Assembly (NCBI RefSeq): GCF_964204865.1
Contig: NC_135263.1
Coordinates: 16,926,001 to 16,990,000, forward strand
Reading direction: 5' to 3'
Source: Styela clava
Lineage: Eukaryota
Length of the DNA stretch: 64,000 bases
Part shown: positions 1 to 12,874 of the stretch, in pieces
Layout: each line of letters begins with the position of its first letter
Position numbering within the stretch: the stretch's first letter is position 1
Made by a program: the position numbers and the translations under genes
Notes under the pieces: generated by a model
The model's database searches: none
Seen by the model: the letters and a program-made list of their open reading frames with translations, nothing else
Told to the model about the DNA's origin: nothing

Positions 1-1480
1 TAAATAAATCATCAATCCGAAGCATATAACAAAATCGGCTTTGCGCAATCCAATACCAATAGATTGAATGTTGTTTTGGTGAAAATGTCGCAAATCGAAG
101 AAACATGAAATGCACTTCAACCGATATGTATATATAATCTCATATATTCCAGCAATTGTCGAACGTTTTAGCAAACTGGTACTAGCCTGCGATCGGTTTG
201 AACTTGAATTTAAATGTTTTACATGAGTAATTGAAAGTTTTTCAATTTTTTTTCGAAGGGGCAACAATTAGTTTAGTCTTGTGCTAATGATATTTCGAAA
301 AGTTAGCCAAAAACTCGCGAAGATTTGTTTTCTTTAATCCTTGCTTGAATTGAATGCAATTGGGCAATCGAGACAAATTTATCAACCACCAGTGAATATG
401 CACAAGACTAATTTATTCCATACAGCTGTTTTCCTATCTAATAAGCCATTTTCCCAGGCCATTTACGCAAACTCAGTTGAATGCTCTACGACCCGTCTGG
501 CGCAAATAAATCGATTGATGTAAATTTGGAACAATCCATTTCCCATAAGGGTGAGAAAAATTTCACCACTCATATTTAATCAACAACAAACTTTTTCACG
601 AAAACTGTATATATATTACCTAGTTCTGTATTTTTTGCGCAGTCCACTCACAAAATGGGATACTGTACAGTATATTTGTTCCTGTTCCTTGTTTGTACCG
701 ATACGCTGTATATGATACAAGCCGGTCAACAAATGGAGTTTTGTAACCAAGTAAGTAAATCTTTTCCATTTCAAGTATATATGATAAAACAATTATAATA
801 TAAAACAATATATATTATAGATCCAGAGATATATAAGTAAATACCGGTTAGAACCGAATTTGAAAAAGTGAAAGGGAGCATTGCTCAATTATCTGGTCAC
901 GAACTGGCGAGAGAAAAAGATGGAATAAATCTTTTCGCTCATATTTTGGAATTATATTACAATTTCTGAATGACAAGCTAGAAATCAGAATAAATCCGTC
1001 ATGATCATGTCAAGCGTTAAGCACAAATGCGCATTATACTAATATTTCAGTGATGAAATTATCAGTGACAAATTTGATATACCACCGCAGTAATTTTATC
1101 GAACACAACTCATACATCCGGATACAAAAGTAGAGCATCAGTACTGGTATGATAAGAGCGAGTTTGCAGAAAAGATCAGCGGACAAGTGTAACAGAGTCT
1201 CCTTTAAATTAAAATAATAGAATCATGTGTGAAATATAGGGGGTCTGAGAGAAAGTTTGAAGAAAGTAACACAGCTCTCGCGATTTCTTCTGTCTTTGAG
1301 TACTGACATTTAAAATCAATCGATCCAATAGGTTCGAAAATAGAAAGATTTTTTCGACCAACAGTGATCACATCAACAATAACAAGAATTCAACAAAACA
1401 ATTTATACCTACAATTAACATCTAGACAACAAGCTAGACAATTCTAATTAAAATTTTATGTTGTGTCATTTCGTTTTTAG

Positions 1481-3212
1481 GTCTGTCACTACGTCGGACA
1501 GCACTATGAAAACAAAGACTCAAATGGATCTGCAGCATTTGATAGAGTAGGGAAATCTGGTCCAAGAGGGCCACAAGGGCCACCTGGAAATGTGGATTAT
1601 GGAATCATAAATGCCACGATTATGGGGAAATTTGAAGGTATAGTGGTTTGGAATATAAATCGAGGATTCCATAGAAATGTTTTATGTGAAAACGAACCAT
1701 GTTTGGAATTCTAATATATATCATCAAAATATCTCTAATATTTTGTTTTGTTGATTTACACCAGATTTGGAAAGCAATGTGGAAAGGAAGCTTGCTAATA
1801 TCGACTTTCTGGAACAAAAAACGGATGAAAATAAAGCCGAAATACAACGAATAAAAGCAGGTTTGTTTTGATATGTAATATGGTTAAGTAAAGAGCCGAC
1901 CCGATCACTGACAAAAAAGAGTCTCTCGACTTTAGATGTGTGAAATCAGGCTTTATCGCGTTGTTGAATTGTTGCATCAAATTTGTAGCGCTTTGGTCAG
2001 TCACAATTCTTTCCAGGCTTAGAGCATTCTTGGAAACGCGTCATAAAAAGTGTTCAAATTCATAACATCAAATTTGGGCGCTCCCAAAGTATGTGCACCA
2101 AGATGGCGCACAACCTGAACGCTTACCTGGTACACATACTATGTTCAGGTTGTGCGCCATCTTGGTGCACATACTTCTGGAGGTCCCAAATTTAATTAGA
2201 GATAGTAAATGTGATGATGAAAAATGATAGAATTAGTGCTTGATGTTTGTATTTATTGTGCAACCAAATCAAATGTACTCAGAACTTCACGGAATAAATG
2301 CGCAATTCTTAACAACATAGGCAGAATCCAGTGGCATATATTCAGCCGCGAAGCATTATTTTAATGAACCACTTTAATAGGGTTTAGCTTATCTTTGATT
2401 CGAGTTATCTTTGATTTTCATAGAATTACAGCAGATGCAATCAAAAATCAACAACATGGAAGAATTAATGACTTGGCACAAATTTCTGAACGGCTATTAT
2501 TACAAAGTGTACCACGATAAAGTTAACTATCGAACAGCTCGAGCAAATTGTCAACGCCGAAACGGAAACCTTGCTTCTACTGGAATAAGGGATTCCGCGA
2601 TTCAAAGGTGAATTTTAATCAAAGAAGTGAACAGGAGTTTCAACAACAAATGTTTAAACTGTTCGATATTTCACGCTAATCATGAGTCGCGGCCTAACGA
2701 TTTAAATAGGATATCAAAGTCATTGGTTCAGTCTTCGGAAGTTCTTCAATTTTATCAATTTCTATTGATTTTGGATCATACGTTTCCACAATTGTAGTTA
2801 AAAGCAATAGAGTGTAAAAATCAAAAGTATACGTTTTTCTAATTTTCTCAAAACTGCTTTTTTGTTTCAAGTATTGTTTCTTGGGCTAGCATCCAAGTTA
2901 TAATAAAATATGATTTTAATACGAGCATTAAAAATGATTTACTAATTCTTACCCTTCAAATACAGTGAACTGATGCAACTGATAAAGACGTCGGGAGAAG
3001 ATATCTGGATTGGTTTAGATGATATCGTTAGGGAAAACAGCTTCATTTGGGCTGATGGCATATCTTCAGGAAGCATTAACTGGGCTAATAATCAGCCTGA
3101 TAATCGCGGCGGGGCAGAAGATTGCGTACACTACAGGCCGTCCTACGGATGGAAACTGAACGATGACCCATGTTCCAGCAGAAAAAAGTATATTTGTGAA
3201 AGAAGAGGGTAA
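1481..3212 (+). CDS. Collectin-like protein: short collagen, coiled-coil neck, C-type lectin domain (5'-partial; exons 1481-1637, 1765-1860, 2424-2607, 2966-3212)
   Basis: Four exons joined by GT-AG introns in consistent phase. They give VCHYVGQ...GKSGPRGPQGPPGNV (Gly-X-Y), neck LESNVERKLANIDFLEQKTDENKAEIQRIKAELQQMQSKINNMEE, and CTLD ...ARANCQRRNGNLAS...IWIGLDD...FIWADG...NWANNQPDN...EDCV...LNDDPCSSRKKYICE*. AATAAA at ~3231. The signal-peptide exon was not found. Confidence 0.9.
2070..2193. mobile_element. Small foldback MITE in lectin intron
   Basis: AAGTATGTGCACCAAGATGGCGCACAACCTGAAC...GTTCAGGTTGTGCGCCATCTTGGTGCACATACTT is a near-perfect inverted repeat. Related to 21763-21989. Confidence 0.8.
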
Positions 3213-3977
3213 CTTTATATTACTGAAATTAATAAACAAAACGAGAAGATAGAATTCTGCTATTTGGAAACATTTTTCATACAGTTTTCTTCAATGTAAC
3301 TGTATCATTGTCATAAATTGATTTTACGTTTTAACTTGTTGTCTCTGTATATTTCATTTGCATTTACTGGCGCTAAAAATGTTGGTATCGTTATTGCTTT
3401 CATGTTTTTGTATCAGCCATAAAATAGTCGATGAAGTAGTTATATTTTATAGATATGTAATTTCCCATTCATTTTTGCTAATTAAACATAATGTGACTGC
3501 TGTTGTTTAACTGTTCGAGTTTCCAGTGTAGTGAGTTTCTGGCAAGAGATAGAGCGACGACGTGCTTCAATATCTATGAACTTGATGATACCTTGACTTT
3601 TTTTCTTGGGCTAGAAATTCCACGAATGTCACATGATGTCTGAGACAGTCGAGTAATTTAAATTTATAATTAGTTGACATTGTATCAAAATAAAGTCATT
3701 TCATTAGCGCCGTTTTTTTTAATATTCTTAAACACGAATTCGTAAATTATATTAATAATATTAGACATTGTGAGCATTTTGAGAAACAATAGAAATCTCT
3801 GAATTTTGTTGTTATTTGCTTTATAACGATATCAAAATTCTTCATAAAGTCATGACAATTTATATAAATAGATAGGTTGATTTAAAATGTCAACCAATAC
3901 AAATATTTGAATACCCACCTCATAAATTGTATATCTAGTCCTGGGCCAGAATGGTACGATAACCTATTCCGCTAGAC

Positions 3978-4795
3978 CAGGGGTGGGCAATTAATTTCCT
4001 GAGTGGGCCGGATGCGGATAACAGACTTGGTTACTGGGCCGGATGATTAAAATTCAGTATGACCAGAAACGGTTATTTGCAAATACCTAGGGTCCTAGAC
4101 ACAATGATCAAAGGGCCGTTATTACAGGGGCTGGCGAATTACGGCAGCAGCGCAAAGAAAATTGATAGAAAAAAAAGCTTAACAGCTGGGCTAATGGGTT
4201 AGGATAACTTTAATAATAAAGATAGCACAATGTAACAATTGCGGTCATGATGACCGTATTTGATAAATAGATTATTCAAATCAAAGGGAATAAATGATGC
4301 GCATTCCTGTCATTTACGAACAAAATTACTGTAACTTGGGATTTAGGAGGCAAGTGTTATTTGATTGATTTTATTTTGTATCCAAAATAGGAAACGGAAA
4401 TTCCAATGGCAACAGTCGTCGTGATTACCCATTTGTTGAAATTGTCGACTTTTTCATCGTTGATTGTTTTTCTGTTGCGCAAAATATTCAGTTTAAGACT
4501 ATTACGAGAATTAAAAATATCTTGCCATATCAATTTAATATATAATATAATTAATTTAATTATATATTAAGAAAAGGAGCGATCTTGGTCATTTGATTAA
4601 TTTGAGCCACTTAAGATTATTTTTAAGAAATCACCATTTGCAAAATTCCAAGGTCGGTCATAAAATCCCACGAGTACAATTCATTACGATAAAGTAAAAG
4701 CATACTATAGCCCAATTTCAGCACGAACAAGTGGGCCGGATAAAACACTAAAGTGGGCCGGATCCGGCCCGCGGGCCGTAATTTGCCCACCCCTG
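3978..4795. mobile_element. Non-autonomous hAT (Charlie-like) element
   Basis: TIRs CAGGGGTGGGCAA / TTGCCCACCCCTG, subterminal GGGCCGGAT motifs, and a perfect 8-bp TSD CGCTAGAC (3970-3977, 4796-4803). Confidence 0.92.
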
Positions 4796-5839
4796 CGCTA
4801 GACATAACCCTGAATAATTTTTTAATTTTGATCAAACGTTCGCAAGTTGTGGTGGTCTCTAGAATCGAGCTTTGTATCGCTACGCGTGTGTGTATGAAAG
4901 TCGATCACCCATTTCACTTCTCAATATTTCATGGTTCAGTATCACCGTGTCCAAACTTCGTCACGGCGTGTGCTATAGAACAAGTAGAAAGAAGCGTGAC
5001 ATGTGAAATCCAATATGAAGTTTCAAACAACCACGAAATTTTTTTACAAGTACCGCGCAGAGCACAAAACAAAATCGGTTAGCAGTGTTTGTCAGAACAG
5101 AAAGTGAAATCAGACGAAGAAGTAGAGGGAAGGCAGAATATATGTTTAGCCACTTTCGACAGGTATCATACTACTACTACAAAATTACAAAAGTCTTCCC
5201 CATATCTAAATGCCTAACAGTAATCCAATAACAGTTCGGGATGGCAACATGTTCTGTCAAACATTGAGTCAAAATGTGAATCATGCTAGCCCCACGAATG
5301 TTTACCAAATCACGTTGCAGTTCTATGTTACAGCCGGCAGATTAAAAACGAGACAAATAGCAAATAAAAAGAGATGAAAAGCCATTAATTGGAGATTGTT
5401 AAGATGAATCAAACAGAAACATGACATGGAAAATTGCATATTATGTTAATGCCCTATTCCCTTCTTAAACTAAAAGCCAAAATACCAATACTAAATGAGC
5501 GCATAGAGAAAATGACATTCTAGATCTAACACATTCTAAAGCCGGTAGGCGTTTAGGATCTCCTCTGCTACATGAAGCGGCCCTCAATTCAGCAAACCGT
5601 TACCATCACGCAAATTTGCACCAGACGACAGCGTATTATTTAACGACAGTGACCATGACAAAACACATTGGCGCGGAATGTCCGAAGTTCATCATGGGTC
5701 GTTTCGGGTATTGATTTTCAGTCAGTGTAACGAGGTGTTCAACTAATATTTACTGCTCTAAGCCACCCATGCAATGAATGCAATCTCAAAATTATTTTCT
5801 GTTAACAAAATATTTTTAAGAATAAACGTAATTAACTGA

Positions 5840-8800
5840 ATGGAAGAATCCGAGTTTAACAATCCGAATCCTTTAACAAAATGGATATGCAAATTGGCAA
5901 TTATCGGTGACAGTGGTACAGGAAAGACAAGTATAATTCAAAGATATGTACAAAATACATTTTCCCCAAGCCATATTGCAACTATAGGTGAGTTCTAAAT
6001 TCTGAAATAGATAATGTTGATAAATAATGTTGTTGTTGAGGCGACGTTTCGGTGAAAAAATAGTTTTTTCTCCTATTTTAGATTTTCATTACCCAAAGAT
6101 GGAAGTAGTAGCCAGAAGGCTATCTCTATTATTTTTATTTTCACACCTCCTTCGAGTCTTCTGAGCTCCTATGTATCCCTCGGAAATTTACTACTTTATT
6201 CTAATTAATTTTGTCAAGCGTTACCGGCTGTTATTTGTTACGTTTTGTGAACTCTGGGCTCGGCCTTACCAGTACCGATAAGCTTGCTGCAAGTCATAAC
6301 AGTCAGCATAATTTGTCAAAGTTTATAGAATATAGGCAGGACAATGCAAAAAATGCATATTCGAAACACGAATTTGGTCACGTAAGCAATTTCGCTTCAA
6401 AGTGTCGTCAAATATAATATTTCATTTCATCTTCATTCTCGACAAAATACGACGTATTTTACCTATTTTAATTTCTACAGCAAGCATAAGAATATTAATT
6501 TCCGATGAAATGTTGCACTTGTTAAGTTTGGAGTCGCATAGGCCAATTGAATGTCTCAATTAGTGAATTTTGCGTCACATTAACATCAACTGTCGTTTAT
6601 AATAAGATATTTTTATACAAAATGAAGATCTTTGACGTAATCATTTGAGCATTTCTTGTTTAGAAAAGTATTGATAAGCAAAATTCTTGAAGTCGCATCT
6701 CCGCACATAAATATTAGAATACGCCTTTGGTGCTCACTCAACGTTTGAAAAGCATCAGTATGTTGAACGTCAGAGAATGGTGATTAGACCTTTTTTCTGC
6801 GCCACAATTATGGTTAACTCCATATTCCTTCTTGTTTTTTCCAGGTGTTGATTTCCAGGAGAAGAAAGTCAGGATTGCAAATCGCGTTATTAAAGTAAAA
6901 ATTTGGTAAGATCTGGATTTATTTAACTTTAGTCACGTTTATTATTGTGCTTTTCCTTTCATAATACTGGGGATCAAAAGATAAAATGCGCGAATTCTGT
7001 TGATTTGTTTGTAGTGTGTCAATCTTTTGATTGTCCATTCTTTTCAGTACAATCATTTTTTAGGATAATTTTTTCTGGTCGTATTGAAAGTAGTCAGTTA
7101 TTTCAAGTTATTTTAGAAAGAGGTTTATTTTAAATATTATTATAAGAACGATATTTTAATCAGGGACACGGCGGGTCAGGAACGGTTTCGGTCGCTAACA
7201 AAAGGTTACTATCGAGGTGCAAAGGGAATTTTAATTGTGTACGATATCACTGTTCGAAAATCGTTTGATCGCTTGGAAATGTGGGTGAGAAATGTGAAAA
7301 AGGTTGGTGTACTTTAGAAAAGAACCTTGCATTCCTGTTGATGAAGTTATATAAATGATTCATTAGATGTTCTTTTTTTAATCTGATATCTATTTTGATT
7401 TCTATTGTGAACGTCCTGAGTAGGTAGGCAGATTAGTGATGTTCGCTCTCGGGTTAACCGTTTAGTTCAAGCGCTTGCTGATTTTTTCAAACGCGCTGTA
7501 ATTATCGACTACAGATTCAATATGTTCGAATACCCGAGCTTGTCCATGAAACTGATTTTTCTGTCCCATCCCATAGCAATTTATGCCTGTCCCATCCCAT
7601 CCCACGGGATTCCCATTGGAATACAATATAATAAAAATTGTTAAATTTAAGTTTAGCGTCGACTAAATAGCACTACGTCGAAGAGACTCCACAACAACAA
7701 AATTCAGTGACCTAACTCTAAACTCATAACTATTATACATGTGTCCATCAACCCCTTCACAAAGTATATTGTTAAAGCTGAGTATATTCTGCTCTTTATA
7801 ACTAACAAGACAGCTATGCTCAGATATATGGACACGAAATCCATAACCAAATGTTATAACATCAATTCCCCGGAAATCGTATTACTTGTCACATGGGAAA
7901 TACAAATGTATGCTGTCCCATGCATCCCGTGGGATGTTTCCTTGGGACAAGACTGCGAATACCTGTACATCCAAATGTACTTTTTGCTCATTTTGAGCTT
8001 TTCCAGCACTGGAAGTAAAACTTCTTAAAATGGTTTCTATGCATTTCCAAGTTTAATATTAAGTTTCGTGCGATGGGTAAACAAACTTTATATTAGTATA
8101 AAGTTATTATACCAATACTTAATATTATATAAACAATTATATTAGTACAAATATTGATCAAATAAATAAAGAAGTTTAATCAGATTTCTTTTTAGATCAT
8201 ACTGTGAATACCTTTTCCATGTTGTTTATTCATACAAAATCCGTTAAAATAGATTAAAGTCTAAATATTAAAAAACATGTTGGCAAATAATTACTTTAAA
8301 AAAGATTATTTACGTTTTGAAACAAACATTCTTACCATTTTGACAGTGGGCAGATGAAAATACAATATGCATTATATTAGGGAACAAATGCGACAGGGAA
8401 GATTTCCGCGAGGTTTCTAAAGAGCATGGAGAAAACGTAAAATTAAATAATATTTAAATATATTTTATATTATAACAACACTGAAAATATATTACAGAAG
8501 ATCGTTATTTTATCATAAATTTTTGGCACAAAAATATTCAACAAAGTAGTTCGAAAAAGTAAACAGTACCTGATTTAGTAGTACCTGAAGTTTATGAATT
8601 GAATTCTGACTGTGTTGAGTATACAAAATAATGAATTCTGATGTTAAATAACCGAAACAATTTTTCTATATATTTTGAGTGAACAATATCTCAAAGGAAT
8701 ATTTGTCAAAACACTCTTTTTTATTATATCATATTTAATTTTTTCCTGAAGACTACAACAATTCCACGCCACTTGTTTTTTTCCGTTGAGGATAGATTGT

Positions 8801-9360
8801 TGTCAAAATAACTGTCTCATTTTATATTCAGATAGCAAAGCAATACGACATGGAAACGAGTGCAAAGGATGCAATTAACATCAATGGAGCATTTCAATGT
8901 CTTATTGAAAATGTTATTGAAGAGGTTGGATTAGCCTTTTCAAAATTTGAAGCAAAAAAATAGTAATAGCAAGCGTGAAATTGTTTGAATAACCTCATTA
9001 ATTAAAAGAATTGAGAAATATAAGAAACTAATGTATTTTTTACCCAAATCTGACAATTTTAAAACTTTGCTTCAGGAATTCCATCAATGAATAATAGTAG
9101 TTTTATTTGTAACATTTTTCTAGTGACATCAATAGCACAGACTAAAATTATTTCATTATATAAATTCTATAATCTATATAATATATATATATTCTCAAAA
9201 CTTATAATTCACATTAATTTGTTTTCTCCATTTTCAGAATAAAGACAAAATTGCCGAATACAATGAAAAAAATGACAACGGTGTTTATGAAAATATCGAA
9301 TTACGTGATACAACAACGCCGTCTCCCATACCTGCTAATAGAAAAAAATGTTGTGGATAA
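5840..9360 (+). CDS. Rab-family small GTPase, Rab8/10/13-like (exons 5840-5987, 6845-6905, 7164-7302, 8347-8436, 8832-8924, 9238-9360)
   Basis: Spliced translation has [43 protein letters not shown] and C-terminal KKCCG* (geranylgeranylation motif). All introns are GT-AG and in phase. Confidence 0.93.
7535..7955. mobile_element. Degenerate MITE in Rab intron 3
   Basis: Imperfect TIRs (GAGCTTGTCCATGAAAC / GTTTCCTTGGGACAAGACTG) and internal TCCCAT/GTCCCA repeats. Confidence 0.5.
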
Positions 9361-10030
9361 AACTGAAAAACATTCACAAAACTTTCGGCAATGAACGACA
9401 GTGACCGTAATATGGATTGTTTGCGATGATCTTTCTATATATTGAACTTCACTCCGTCACTTTTTTATTTGCTGTAGTAAGGTGTTTAAAATTTACTATA
9501 TAGGTACACTCACTAGGTGACGCTGTGACGTGACCCATAATCAATCCTTCAATCATCAAAGCAATTGATTCAAATCATTATGATTTTCATAATTAATTTA
9601 AACAAACTGTCCCACACAAACTTTACTGTGACAAATCAATACACTGTTTGTGTTTTGTGACTTTATTAGATTATTATCCTTGGAAATTATAACAGCAAAT
9701 AAGAATAAAGGCTTTAAATGATAAAAATCGAATTTAGTTGCACTATAACCATAAATACTGCATGAGCCGTGATGGATGTTTGTACAACCACATAGTTGCT
9801 GAATGTATAAACAACCGATCGCGTAGACACAGACATATATATTATAGGTTATTGGATGAGATAGGCTATTCATTTTTTTGAAAAATTTGTTGCAAACAAT
9901 AAAAGGCAACCATTTCTGTTGAGTAAACCTAGCTACAACATACAAAGTGTTCTCACGAGGCTTCTAAAATTGAAAAAATGCAGCGTGAATTTAATTTGAA
10001 TGTTTCGCTTTGCATGTATCACTTTTATGA

Positions 10031-11541
10031 AGATAACATGACACGATTCTAGGCTTTAGAACACCACTACCACAACTTAATACTGTAAACCAGTGATTTT
10101 CAACCTTTTTGTACCGCGGAACACTTTTTTTAATCTAAAATTGTGGCGGAACACCAAACAAGATTTTTGGAAATAAACTACATTATACAACCAACTGACA
10201 TCGATCATTTCGGCATGAAATTATAATAACGAAATTAATAATATAGCTTGTCAACTTTGACACATTCCGATTCAGAGCTACAAGAGCTAAAGTACGGTAC
10301 AAATAAATGTTTTTGCGAGATTGCTCATGAATACTATGATTAGTTAGAAACAGAAATGGTATTTAAATGTGAAATTTCTCAACGGCTATCAATTTCTCGC
10401 GTTTTTTTTTACGCAACAGGAGTCCAGAAGGCTGCAGGTCGATTCGGAAATTAATAGAAACATTGAAAATTGGCAACAAAGCGATTTTTACAGTTCAATC
10501 CCGTCATAATCGCTACTTTTTTTCCCCTTGAACGTTTTCCTATTACCGCCTTTGTTCTTGTGCGCAAGTATTAATTCTTGCCGATCGGCGGAGATCGAAG
10601 TTTCATATTTTGGTATAACTATATGCGTTCACATCGGCGACAGATGTTAATGACATGAGAGAGCGATTTTCAAATCCCTACTTAATTTTACTCTGATATT
10701 TATATTTTGCGCCGGCTTTGATCTAACTTATCGCCGTTTGCAAATTAAACGTCCCAGATTTAAGCGAATAATATTATCAGTATCGACAACGGGATGCACA
10801 CATTTATTAGGACGATAATTGAGTTTCTTATGTTCCACATTGGTGTCAGTGTTATTTCCGAAATAAATCAATTAGATACTGTGATTAGATAAATCTGTGA
10901 TTGCGTGAATCCTGAATGTTAATTTGAAAGCTGAAATAAAGGAATTTCTACGTGGTCATTAAGCGAGATGAAGAGCACTTCTTTAACGAAATCTTACATG
11001 CGCGACCTGATGCCAAAAATAGTGTAAACAATTTTGTGCCTAGTAGAAGGGAAGACGCTGATTAGAATTAATCACCTCAAGTTTTAACGTTTTCTTTTCC
11101 AACAAAACAATACCGCGACCATTATCATAGCTAAAATCGTTACCGAGAAATTCACAATTTTATTTACGCAATTCAACACTTCACATGACGATTTTAAGTT
11201 GATGCCACGCCCTAATTATTACTACAAGAAAAGCTACAAAATGCAACGAATGTAATCAACTCCGATGATGACTCCATTCATGGTCGAGTATAATGTTCAC
11301 ATTTTTGAATGGTCAAGAATGGAATGGAAGTCCATTGAAAGGGAATATGGCCTGTCATTTCTTCTCTGTTTACCCATTTTTTTACCGACTTTCCAAAACT
11401 CTGACTCGCCATTTTCAAATCGACGCTATTTATATTACTCGAATGACGTCATAATACTTCATAGAATAAATTTTTCGCGGAACACCTGGAGGTCTCTCGC
11501 GGAACAGCAGTGTTCCGCGGAACACCGGTTGAAAATCACTG
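10031..11541. mobile_element. Non-autonomous hAT element (~1.5 kb)
   Basis: TIRs CAGTGATTTTCAACC / GGTTGAAAATCACTG, subterminal CGCGGAACAC repeats, and 8-bp TSD CTGTAAAC / ATGTAAAC (7/8). Confidence 0.88.
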
Positions 11542-12874
11542 ATGTAAACAATAGCTGCCTCTGCAACACGCAAACAGTAAAGTACGCAGTACGACAAAAC
11601 TAGGGTAAGTAAGAGTACATTGTATATCTAATAATTACAGGGTAAAGAAACACTTACACCACGATCACATAACATGTTGAAAGAGCATAACATATCGTAT
11701 CAAGCGTTAAAGATCTAGGACAGGGCTCCCCAAGCAGCGCCCTCAAGATCCCCTGGAGACCACAGAGCAGCTCAGAGGGCCGAAAGAAAAGGCCTTCACT
11801 AGAAAACTTCGCATCAGTATTGCATAACCTCAGAGAGAGACTCAGAGATTTTATTTGTTAATGATCGGATAGTTGGATTATTAAAATTAACATGGTGAAT
11901 AAATAAACTGTTAAAAATCCGTTGAATCAAAACTGTGTGATTATATTGAGAAGTGAGGCTAAATTGTTGATATTCTTTTAAAGAATTCCATGGATCGTGA
12001 AAACTTGAAGCTTCTGCGGCCAATAGTGATGTCACAATACGACGTGAGTTTTTGATAATCGAACTCCCCTCTACACGGTCCCGGTACGCCACTTTTTAAA
12101 AGTTTCAAAAAAGATGGATGACCTGGGGTCGAATTATATCTTCCACCCTCTCTACTGAAGTAACATTTACAATCTTTCAGATATCGCAATTTATAAAGGG
12201 GTATATATATACAATTGTTTAGCTTTAAGTTTGACTGTATTACAACACAAAGCGGTGGAAATGCAATAACATGAATAAATGAAAAATTGTTTCAAGGATT
12301 TGCATCATTGCGTCATTTTCGCGTAAACACGTCTTTGCTAAAATTTGTTTTTTACAGAAAGATTTTCACTTGCGCCATCGTTGTTCTCTGCAGAAAATAG
12401 CCAATCGGAAGTTGTATTGCCTTTTCAGGAAGTCAACTTCTTTTCCTTAAATAAACAGATATTGCGAAAACATTCTTACTATACCACTTCAACTAGAAAG
12501 AGCACGTCGTCAGTTCGCGCGACTTGTTTTCCAGTCGAGAAATATAAATGTAAAGTAAAAGACAAGTCGATTTTTATCAACTATTAGGAATGTGACTATA
12601 GTAGCACAAAATGTAAAAGCTAGAAACTTGTATAAACGGAAGAATATTCTTGAAAATAGGTCAATATCATTTTAGTTGGAAGTCTCTAAAAAGCTTATGT
12701 ATGTAAGGTTATGTATCAGTGGCGCTGTTGCCTCCTGATCTATATTAGTTGCCTCATAATTAAAGTAAATCATAATAATCATTTTTTTTATTTCACAGAA
12801 TACTAATTCTTCTTTTTTCATTGTATGGCTAGATTTTTGTGATAATTTGGGAAAAGAAAACACAAAAACAAAGC

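Noticed and set aside
4623-5082. ORFs 4623-4835 and 4753-5082
   Set aside because: They are read through GC-rich hAT MITE termini and have no protein motifs.
5790-5840. Unpaired splice acceptors before the Rab and TNF start codons as SL trans-splicing sites
   Set aside because: Plausible upstream cis donors exist (~5163 and ~12659), so ordinary 5'UTR introns explain them. This cannot be decided without transcripts.
11721-12200. hAT-like left end CAGGGCTCCCCAA
   Set aside because: No matching right TIR or TSD was found, so the extent cannot be defined.
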